A stretch of 64,000 nt of DNA, taken from the NCBI GenBank assembly GCA_002254845.1, contig NKPT01000005.1, positions 31,213 to 95,212 on the forward strand, in the 5' to 3' direction. The notes below the pieces were generated by a model. The model saw only the letters and a list, made by a program, of their open reading frames with translations, did not search any database and was not told the DNA's origin. The stretch comes from Chloracidobacterium sp. CP2_5A. Lineage in GTDB: Bacteria; Acidobacteriota; Blastocatellia; Chloracidobacteriales; Chloracidobacteriaceae. Within the stretch, counting starts at the first letter, position 1. Each line of letters opens with the position of its first letter. Both the position numbers and the translations under genes were made by a program. Of this stretch, positions 25,636 through 33,441 are shown one piece after another.

Positions 25636-28173
25636 ATGCTGATTCCGGGACACTACCTCTTCGACGCGACCGGCGCGCTGCGCCATGCCACAACGCTTCC
25701 CGACCCAGGCGGCGAAGCGGCGGAGCCGTCCGCTTTTGATCTTTCGGCGTCGCTATCCGCTCTGACGCTCCCGCCATCGCTCGTCTCGCTTTTTCATTCG
25801 GTCGCCCAGGGCCAAGCCGCGCGCCCGCAAGTCATCGCCCTTGGCGATCAAGCCTTCGCTACGGCCTACCCGGTTGAACTCGGCGCTGAAAAGCTCGTCG
25901 CGCTGGTTGTTTCGCTCCCCGATCAGACGCTCCGACTGAGTCAGCAAGCGGCCGTCTTGCTGGCGATGAGTCGCGATATCCATGCTGGGCGCACAATGGA
26001 GGAAATCTTCCAGACGCTGGCGCGCGAAGCCACCCGCTTGTTGCCGCTTGACCGGGCGAGCATCACGCTTTTCAGAGTCGATACCAACGAGATTGAAATT
26101 TACGCCATGCAGGATGACGGATCGAGCTCGGCGCAGGTCGGGGCGGTGGTTTCTGGCGAAAACACCGCCACCGCCTGGGTCGTCCGGCATGGGCAGCCAA
26201 TCATTACCTCGGACATTGAACAGGAAACCCGGTTCGTTACCTATGATGACTGGCTCAAGCGGGGCTACCGCTCGACGCTCTGCTACCCGCTGACGGTGGA
26301 CGGACGCGTGATCGGAACGCTCAACTTCACGAGCCGCAAGCTAGCCGCCTACGACGAGAAGACGGTGCGACTCGTGCAACCCCTAGCCGAACAAGTCGCG
26401 ATTGCCATCAACAACGTGCAGTTGCGTCAGCGCTTGACCGATGAATCCCGCCGATTGCGCCGGATTGTCGAGGTCGCCAATAAGGTCAAGCATCATTTGA
26501 GTCTCAACACGGGCTATTTGAGCGTTTCGGAGATTCTGCGCTGGATGTGCGAGGTCGCTTGCGACCTGGGCTGGGAGCGGGCGCTGTTCTGCCTGCGCGA
26601 CGAAGCTTTCCCGTCGCCGAACGACTCGTTTGTCGCCGCTTTCGCTGGAAGCTTTACCGAGGCTCAGCGCGCCGAGCTGGAAGCGTTCAAAGCGCGGAGA
26701 ACCAAAGTCGGCAGCCTTTTCACGACGCCCGGCGCGCGCCTGTCAGGAGTTCACCGACGCGTCGGCGATCATTCGTTTCTCGTTGGGCGCAGCGCGGAGT
26801 CTCCGGCGCGCCTTTGGCACGCCAGCGACAATATTATCGTCGTGCCGCTCGCGCTGGAAGGCAAGCTCTTTGGCACCTTCAGCGCGGACCGCGCTGGAAA
26901 GCGCCCAACTCCCGAGGAAGTCGAAATCCTTGAGCTTTTGATCGATCAGGCCACGGTCGTGCTGCACAACTCGCGGCTCATCGCCCGACTGCAAGAGCAG
27001 CTCGCCGAGACCCAGCGGTTGCGCGAGCAAGAGCAAGCATATCATCTCCAGATGCAGCAAACGGAACGTCTCCGCGCGCTGGGCGAGATGGCCTCGGGCG
27101 TCGCGCACAACTTCAACAATGCCCTGACCATCATCCAGGGACGGATTAGCCTGCTCAAAGCCCACGTGACGGACGAAGTCACGCTCCGCTCGCTCGACAT
27201 TCTTCACAAGGTTAGCCAGGACGCCGCCAACATCGTTAAGCGCATCCAGGAATTTGCGCGCGTCAGGCAAGACAGCGCCGACTTTGAGCTAGTCAATCTC
27301 AGCCAGCTTGTCCAGGAAACTATCGAGGTCGCCCAGCCCAAGTGGGCGACCCGTTCCAGCGGCAACTTGGTTCGCGTTGTCTGTCAGGCGCCGGCGCCGG
27401 TTCATATCTTGGGCAACGCGACCGAACTCCGCGAGGTGCTGACCAATCTCATCTTTAACGCGCTGGACGCGATGCCCCACGGGGGCGAGATTGTCATCAG
27501 CGTTTATGAGCAAGACGAGACCGCCAAGCTGGTCGCGCGGGATACAGGCGTTGGCATGACGGAAGAAACCAAGCGACGACTTTTCGACCCGTTCTACACG
27601 ACGAAGGGGCCGCAGGGAACGGGCTTGGGCTTGAGCGTTTCGTATAACATTGTCAGCCGCCACAAGGGGCGCATCGAAGTTGAAAGCGAGGTCGGGCGCG
27701 GGACGAAGTTCACGCTGACATTCCCGCTGTCCCCCCGCTCGCTGACCCAGAAACTGTTGACTGACCAGGAGATTGACTTACCGATGCTGGCGCCGCGCCA
27801 GCTACGCATCCTGGTGGTGGACGACGAGCGCCAAGTCGCGGAAACCATTGGCGACATCATCGCCTTGCTGGGCCATGAGCCGGTTATCGAAGCCAACCCC
27901 GCCGCGGCCTTGCAGCGACTTTGCCAGGAAAGCTTTGACGCCCTATTCACCGACCTTGGCATGCCGGACATCAACGGCTGGCAGCTCATCGCCGAAGCGC
28001 GGAAAATCAGCCCGCAGCTAGCTATAGCGCTCGTGACCGGCTACGCGGCGCGCATCCATCAGAGCGACCTGCAAAGCCATCGGGCGCGACTCATCGCCAA
28101 GCCAGTTGAGATAAGCGTCATCGAGCGCGCGCTGAGCGAAATCATAAGCGAGCTGCGGACGACGCTGCACTAG
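25636..28173 (+). CDS. Cytoplasmic hybrid sensor histidine kinase (GAF domains, HisKA, HATPase, receiver)
   Basis: 845 aa. GAF-like segments, H-box 'ASGVAHNFNNAL', 'DTGVGMTEE...GTGLGLSVSYNIV', and C-terminal receiver 'ILVVDDE...FTDLGMPDINGW...KP'. Confidence 0.85.
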   Translation: MLIPGHYLFDATGALRHATTLPDPGGEAAEPSAFDLSASLSALTLPPSLVSLFHSVAQGQAARPQVIALGDQAFATAYPVELGAEKLVALVVSLPDQTLRLSQQAAVLLAMSRDIHAGRTMEEIFQTLAREATRLLPLDRASITLFRVDTNEIEIYAMQDDGSSSAQVGAVVSGENTATAWVVRHGQPIITSDIEQETRFVTYDDWLKRGYRSTLCYPLTVDGRVIGTLNFTSRKLAAYDEKTVRLVQPLAEQVAIAINNVQLRQRLTDESRRLRRIVEVANKVKHHLSLNTGYLSVSEILRWMCEVACDLGWERALFCLRDEAFPSPNDSFVAAFAGSFTEAQRAELEAFKARRTKVGSLFTTPGARLSGVHRRVGDHSFLVGRSAESPARLWHASDNIIVVPLALEGKLFGTFSADRAGKRPTPEEVEILELLIDQATVVLHNSRLIARLQEQLAETQRLREQEQAYHLQMQQTERLRALGEMASGVAHNFNNALTIIQGRISLLKAHVTDEVTLRSLDILHKVSQDAANIVKRIQEFARVRQDSADFELVNLSQLVQETIEVAQPKWATRSSGNLVRVVCQAPAPVHILGNATELREVLTNLIFNALDAMPHGGEIVISVYEQDETAKLVARDTGVGMTEETKRRLFDPFYTTKGPQGTGLGLSVSYNIVSRHKGRIEVESEVGRGTKFTLTFPLSPRSLTQKLLTDQEIDLPMLAPRQLRILVVDDERQVAETIGDIIALLGHEPVIEANPAAALQRLCQESFDALFTDLGMPDINGWQLIAEARKISPQLAIALVTGYAARIHQSDLQSHRARLIAKPVEISVIERALSEIISELRTTLH

Positions 28174-28932
28174 CTTCCGAGCCCAGACGCGCTTCCGGGC
28201 CGTGCAAATCAGCGACACGCCCACGGGCGGGTTGACAAAGCGGATGACCCACCGCTCGACGTCCAGCAGCCACACAAGGAGCTGGTTGAGCCAGCCGGGC
28301 AAAGGCCGTAACTCGCTTTGGCTTCTCAGCCCGCGCTTACGTAAGCTTTGCCACATTCGCGTCAGCAGCACCGGCACGAACAGCCCGAACATAAAATGGC
28401 TGATTCGCTCCACTTCAAAGCCTAGAGCGTTGAGCTTGTCGCGCAGTTCCTGCGGCGCGTACCGGCGGCGATGATGGAGCGCCTCGTCATGCGGGCTCCA
28501 CAAAAAGCCATAGGCCGGCACGGTCAAAACGACGGCGCCGCCGGGCTTGCACACGCGATGCAGCTCCGCCAGCGCCGCTAGGTCGTCATCCACATGCTCC
28601 AGCATATCTAGGGCCATCACGACATCAAACGTGTCATCCGCGAAGCACAACTGCTCGACGCGGCAGCGCGCCAGCGACGAAAGCCCGCGGCGGCGCGACC
28701 AGCGCAGCGCCTCGGACGAGACATCCGCGCCCGCCACGAAGCCGAAGGCGCGCAGCATGTCCAGGTTGCCTCCGGTGCCGCAGCCAGCGTCCAGCAAGCG
28801 TCGTTCGCCGGGCGGCGACGCTTGCCGCTGGAGCGCCGCCGCCACCCATTCGCGCACTAGCGCCCGCCGCCCCACAAACCACCAGTAGGTCATTTCAAGG
28901 TCAAACATCCGACGATATTCATCATGTTCCAT
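28018..28932 (-). CDS. Class I SAM-dependent methyltransferase
   Basis: 'LLDAGCGTGGNLDML' motif I, then 'FDVVMALDMLEHV'. Start at ATG 28932. The last 57 codons, after 'LICTARK', are antisense to the receiver domain of the convergent kinase. Confidence 0.75.
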   Translation of the reverse strand: MEHDEYRRMFDLEMTYWWFVGRRALVREWVAAALQRQASPPGERRLLDAGCGTGGNLDMLRAFGFVAGADVSSEALRWSRRRGLSSLARCRVEQLCFADDTFDVVMALDMLEHVDDDLAALAELHRVCKPGGAVVLTVPAYGFLWSPHDEALHHRRRYAPQELRDKLNALGFEVERISHFMFGLFVPVLLTRMWQSLRKRGLRSQSELRPLPGWLNQLLVWLLDVERWVIRFVNPPVGVSLICTARKRVWARKLVQRRPQLAYDFAQRALDDAYLNWLGDESRPMALQVALMDARRVAGHERYS

Positions 28933-29020
28933 AACCGAAGCCGTTTCAGACGCGGCGGGCGGGCATCCTCGCCGCGATGCGCCCTTTCGCTTATCCGCAA
29001 GCCCCACGCCGGAGTATAGG

Positions 29021-29977
29021 CTACGGCGCAAGACCGGCGCGGCGCGCATGATCCGCAATAGCCGCCGAAACCCGGAGCGCCAGATCAAGCGCCGCCCGAC
29101 CAGCCCGGCCATCCACCAGCGGCGGCCGCCCCTCCCGGATGGCCAGAATAAAATCCTCAAGCTCGGCGCGCAGCGGCTCGTCTGAAACGACCGCGACGGG
29201 GCGCGGCGAGATCGTCGGGCGCGGCGGCGCGCCGGAAGCGCGGGCGACTTCGAGCGCGGTCACTTGCTGCGCCAGGCAATCCACCGAGACATAGCCTCCG
29301 GCGTGAAAACAGCGCAGCTTGCGAGCTTTCTCCAGGGAGACGCGGCTGGCCGTCACGTTGGCGACGCAGCCATCGGCGAATTCAATGCGCGCGCTGGCAA
29401 TGTCAACCTTATCGGTCAGCGCCGGAACGCCAACGGCGTGGATGGTCGCCGCCGGCGCGGCGACAAACCAGCGCAGCAAGTCAAGGTCGTGAATCATGAC
29501 ATCGGCCACAACGTCCACATCCAGGCTGCGCGGCGTGAAGACGTTGAGGCGGTCAATTTCGAAAAAGCGCGGCGAGCGAACCAGCCGATGCGCGGCTTGC
29601 AGAGCCGGGTTGAACCGCTCCAGGTGACCGACCTGAAGCTGGACGCCCGCCCGCTCGGCGGCGGCAATCATCCGGTCGGCTTCATCCAGCGTCGCGGCGA
29701 TCGGCTTTTCAACTAGAACGTGCTTCCCTTCGGATAGCAGCGCGACGGCCAGCGCGCAGTGGTCGCGCGTCGGCACGGCCAGGCTGACGGCGCGGACGCG
29801 CGCCGCAAGGTCGCGCCAATCAGCGAAATAAGCCGTCCCGTAGCGAGCGGCGACGGACTGCCCGACCTCCGCCTGAAGATCGCACACGCCAGCGAGCCGG
29901 ACGCCCGGAAAACTCGCGTAAAGCCGGGCGTGATGCTGCCCCAGCGCGCCCACGCCAATCACGCCAACGTCCAGCAT
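29021..29977 (-). CDS. Gfo/Idh/MocA-family NAD(P)-dependent oxidoreductase
   Basis: 'MLDVGVIGVGALGQHHARLY' Rossmann start and the 'EKP' motif in 'HVLVEKPIA'. Confidence 0.85.
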   Translation of the reverse strand: MLDVGVIGVGALGQHHARLYASFPGVRLAGVCDLQAEVGQSVAARYGTAYFADWRDLAARVRAVSLAVPTRDHCALAVALLSEGKHVLVEKPIAATLDEADRMIAAAERAGVQLQVGHLERFNPALQAAHRLVRSPRFFEIDRLNVFTPRSLDVDVVADVMIHDLDLLRWFVAAPAATIHAVGVPALTDKVDIASARIEFADGCVANVTASRVSLEKARKLRCFHAGGYVSVDCLAQQVTALEVARASGAPPRPTISPRPVAVVSDEPLRAELEDFILAIREGRPPLVDGRAGRAALDLALRVSAAIADHARRAGLAP

Positions 29978-29985
29978 CCGGGGCG

Positions 29986-31044
29986 CTATTTATCCGCTCT
30001 CTTGGCGCCGTCCTTGGCGGCGTCGGCCGGCGACGCCGGGGCGGACTCTGACAAGGGAATCACCGGAAATCCGCGCTGGGCGAAAAACGCGCAGACCCGC
30101 TCGTTATAAAGATCGGCGTCCTTGCCGGCCAGCGGGAGGGTGCGCGACTTCGGCACGTCAATTCGCTCGCAGACCGACGGGCCAAGCGACGCCGCCACGC
30201 TTTCGGCGAGTCGCTGGGCCGCCTTAGGCTGATTTTCAGCGATGAGAACCGCCACGATCTTGCCCTTGCTCTGGTAGCTGCCCGCTTGGGCGCGCACCGT
30301 CCCAGCGTCATAAATGCCGCCCTGGCTAATCTGCAAGCCAATGTCAAGCAGGCCATTCGTGATGAAGTTGTCAAGGCCGAACAACTCGCGAGCGCGAAGA
30401 TGGGCGAAATCCCGCACGGAATCGTAGGGCATGTCGGCGACGACGGCCTTGACGGCATCCTGCTCGCCCCCGGCTATCAGCGAGACATACGCGCCGATAT
30501 TCACCCCGTAGAGACCAATCTTGTCGCTGTCAACCAGCAACGCTTCATCGCCGCCTTTCGGCGATGAAATCTTCATGGTCTTGAAGGTCTCGATGGCCGC
30601 CAACAAATCCTTTTTCTCCGACGCGCCAAGGGTTGTCACCAGCGCCGCGCTCTCGCCGTGCGCGCGAAGGTCATACATCAGGACGTTGTAGCCGCGCTCC
30701 CAGAGCCGGTAGCCAAGGTCCATCATGTCGGGCCGCGAGCTATTGAGCCCATGCGTGATAATGATTCCCGGCAAGCCCGCGCCGCGAACGAGAACCCATC
30801 CGTTCAGCGTTCCGCTCGCGCCGGAAATTGACACTTCCTTCCAAGTGAGGCTTACGACCTTGCCCCAGTTGTCCGGCAGCTTTTTAGGAAAACTCTTGAT
30901 GGAGAGCAGGCTGCGATTGGACTTAGTGATGGCGTTGACAGCATAGACCGTGTAGCCGATGGCCACGATCAGCGCCAGCGCCATAGCTGGGATAAAAAAC
31001 TTGAGGTATAGAAAAACGCGAGTCTTTTTTTTGCGCGGCGGCAT
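29986..31044 (-). CDS. Membrane-anchored alpha/beta-hydrolase-fold protein with a non-canonical nucleophile elbow (G-V-N-I-G)
   Basis: N-terminal TM 'FLYLKFFIPAMALALIVAIGYTVYAV', 'IIITHGLNSS' oxyanion-region-like segment, and elbow 'IGLYGVNIGAY'. The start is 8 nt after the preceding gene boundary. Confidence 0.7.
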   Translation of the reverse strand: MPPRKKKTRVFLYLKFFIPAMALALIVAIGYTVYAVNAITKSNRSLLSIKSFPKKLPDNWGKVVSLTWKEVSISGASGTLNGWVLVRGAGLPGIIITHGLNSSRPDMMDLGYRLWERGYNVLMYDLRAHGESAALVTTLGASEKKDLLAAIETFKTMKISSPKGGDEALLVDSDKIGLYGVNIGAYVSLIAGGEQDAVKAVVADMPYDSVRDFAHLRARELFGLDNFITNGLLDIGLQISQGGIYDAGTVRAQAGSYQSKGKIVAVLIAENQPKAAQRLAESVAASLGPSVCERIDVPKSRTLPLAGKDADLYNERVCAFFAQRGFPVIPLSESAPASPADAAKDGAKRADK

Positions 31045-31103
31045 AGGGTAAAGGCTCCTAGGGGAAGTCCAGCCTGGATAAACGCCTCAAAACAGCGCAA
31101 AGC

Positions 31104-32150
31104 CTAGGGCTTGCGCCCAACAATCACGTGATCGAACCACCACGCCCGATCGAGCGGCGTCACCGTGATTCGCAGGAAGCCGGATTGGTTGAGCCACAAC
31201 GCGATCCGCTCGGCCGAATAGGTCGCGCCCGACATCATGTTGAGGCTAAAGAGCGCGGCAAACCGCGCCGCCGCTAGCGAGGTCGCGTCCGGCGTCATCT
31301 CCTGGACGACGACGCGCCCGCCCGGATTCAGCGCGGCATACGCTTTCTTAAGAACGCGCAAGATGTGGCGCTCGCTAAGCCCATGCAGAACGCCGGACAA
31401 CAACACGACATCGTAGCCGCCGCCATAATCGGCGTTGAGGAAGTCGCCGGGACGGGCATGGACGCGGTCGCTGACGGCGGACTGGCGAATCAGCTCCTCG
31501 GCAATGGCGAGCACTTCGGGCAAGTCGAGAACCTCGGCCGCGAGATTCGGGTATCGCTCGGCGAAGCGTAGCGCGTAAGCCCCCGACCCGCCGCTGACAT
31601 CGAGCAGCCGGGCGCAGCCGCTCAAGTCAACGGCTTGGCAGAGCGCCTCGGCCTGTCCGCCGGCGGCGATCTCGTGCATAGCCAACACCCAGGCCCGCTC
31701 CGCGGCGCGGCGCTCGTCGTCGGGGCGAGCCAGCGTGAACGCCGCCTCGCGCGGGCCGATCTCGCCGGTTTTCAGCAAGTGGTCCAGCTCGCCAAATCGC
31801 AGCCACAAATCGTCTAGGTAAGCGAGCAAGTGACCTTGGTAGGCGGGCTTGCCGCGAACTAGAAACGTCTTCGCCAACGGGCTGTTCGAATACCGGCCCG
31901 CTTCATCGCTGGCGACGAGGCCGAGACCGGCGCAGGCGGCCAAGAGCTTCTCCGCGCCCGGCGGGGTCAGCCCGCACAAGCTGGCGATTTCGCTCGCCGT
32001 TCGCGGGCGCGCTTCCAGCGCTTCAAAAACGGATAGCCGATGCGCCGCAAACAGCACGCCGCTGCTCCAGAAAGCCGTCCCCAGGCGGTAAAGCGGCTCC
32101 GGCGTAGGGGTAGTCGCTCGGCGCGAGCGACGCTTTGGTGACGTGGACAT
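31104..32150 (-). CDS. O-methyltransferase family 2 protein (dimerisation domain plus SAM domain)
   Basis: 'LLDVSGGSGAYALRFAERYPNL', 'DVVLLSGVLHGLSE' and 'GGRVVVQEM'. ATG 32150 chosen. Confidence 0.75.
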   Translation of the reverse strand: MSTSPKRRSRRATTPTPEPLYRLGTAFWSSGVLFAAHRLSVFEALEARPRTASEIASLCGLTPPGAEKLLAACAGLGLVASDEAGRYSNSPLAKTFLVRGKPAYQGHLLAYLDDLWLRFGELDHLLKTGEIGPREAAFTLARPDDERRAAERAWVLAMHEIAAGGQAEALCQAVDLSGCARLLDVSGGSGAYALRFAERYPNLAAEVLDLPEVLAIAEELIRQSAVSDRVHARPGDFLNADYGGGYDVVLLSGVLHGLSERHILRVLKKAYAALNPGGRVVVQEMTPDATSLAAARFAALFSLNMMSGATYSAERIALWLNQSGFLRITVTPLDRAWWFDHVIVGRKP

Positions 32151-32384
32151 GCCAACTCCAGCGCCCTGGCGCGGTTTTCCACGCCCGACGGTCGCTCCGC
32201 CGGGAGAGCTTTGCCAAAGCGCTAAGAACAATACGTTGAGACGCGGCAGACCCTAGCATGGTCAATGCCGCTCATGCTACGGCGCGGCATAAATGACTTG
32301 CCTGCTGAAGGATGGGCGCACACAATGGCTAACGTGACTTACGCCCCCAACCGCCACGCGACGCTTGGCCATCGCGTCAACCCC

Positions 32385-33425
32385 ATGTCAACTCAGCTTA
32401 TGCGCGCCAACGTTCTTCTTGAGCCGGGCGCGATTGAAATGCAGCGCGTGCCTATTCCCGACCCAGAGCCGGGCGGCGTCGTGGTCAAAGTCGCCACAGC
32501 GCTAACCTGCGGCACTGACTTGAAAGCCTTTCTGCGCGGGCATCCGAAGTTTCCAACGCCGACGCTTTTCGGTCATGAGTTTGCGGGCGTCATCGCCAAG
32601 GCGGGGCGCGACGTCACGCGCTTCAAGGAAGGCGATGCCGTGATGTCCACGCATTCGGCCCCGTGCGGAACCTGCCACTACTGCCAGCGCGGCCAGGAAA
32701 ACCTATGCGATACGATTATGTCCTCCATGATCCTGGGCGCGTACGCGGAATACATTCGCGTTCCAGAGCGGATTGTCCGGCAAAACATGTACCCCAAGCC
32801 GGACGAGCTGCCCTATCGCGAGGCGGCGCTGATGGAGCCGCTGGCCTGCGTCGTCCACGGATTGGAAAACGTTGTTGTACGGGAAGACGACGCCGTTGTG
32901 ATCCTTGGCAACGGCGCCATCGCTCTCTTGCAGGTGGCGGCGCTTAGAACGCGCGGCGTCGAAACCATCATCGTGGCTGGAAGACGGGCCTACCGCCAAC
33001 AGGTCGCGCGGGCGATGGGCGCGAGTCATACGCTTGACTTCGCGGCCGAAACCCTGCCGGCGCGCATCCGCGATCTGACGGGCGGGCGCGGCGCCGACCT
33101 GGTCATCGAGTGCACCGGGCAGCCCCAGATATGGGAGTTGGCCGTTCAGTTGGCGCGCCGCGGCGGCGCGGTTATTTTCTTTGGCGGTTGCAAGCGCGGA
33201 ACAACCGTCACGCTCGACACCGAGCGGATTCACTATGATGAGATCACGCTGCGCAGCCCGTTCCACATGACGCCGCGCGCCGTTCGACAAGCGCGCCAGA
33301 TGCTGCTTGAACGGCGGGTCGACTGGGGACGGCTCATCACTGACGACTACCCGCTTGAGCGACTTGGCGACGCGCTAGATCAACTGCAACGCGGGGACTG
33401 CATCAAGTTTGCCATCGTCCCTTAG
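32385..33425 (+). CDS. Zinc-binding medium-chain alcohol/polyol dehydrogenase
   Basis: Catalytic 'CGTDLK...GHEFAGVI', structural-zinc 'CGTCHYCQRGQENLC', and a Rossmann 'VILGNGAIAL'. Confidence 0.85.
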   Translation: MSTQLMRANVLLEPGAIEMQRVPIPDPEPGGVVVKVATALTCGTDLKAFLRGHPKFPTPTLFGHEFAGVIAKAGRDVTRFKEGDAVMSTHSAPCGTCHYCQRGQENLCDTIMSSMILGAYAEYIRVPERIVRQNMYPKPDELPYREAALMEPLACVVHGLENVVVREDDAVVILGNGAIALLQVAALRTRGVETIIVAGRRAYRQQVARAMGASHTLDFAAETLPARIRDLTGGRGADLVIECTGQPQIWELAVQLARRGGAVIFFGGCKRGTTVTLDTERIHYDEITLRSPFHMTPRAVRQARQMLLERRVDWGRLITDDYPLERLGDALDQLQRGDCIKFAIVP

Positions 33426-33441
33426 AGCCGCTCCGGGCGAT

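Noticed and set aside
31104-32150. Assignment of the O-methyltransferase as BchU or CrtF (pigment methylase)
   Set aside because: This is only family-level similarity (O-MT family 2). No neighbouring bch/crt genes are present, and the idea depends on an unverified guess about the source organism.
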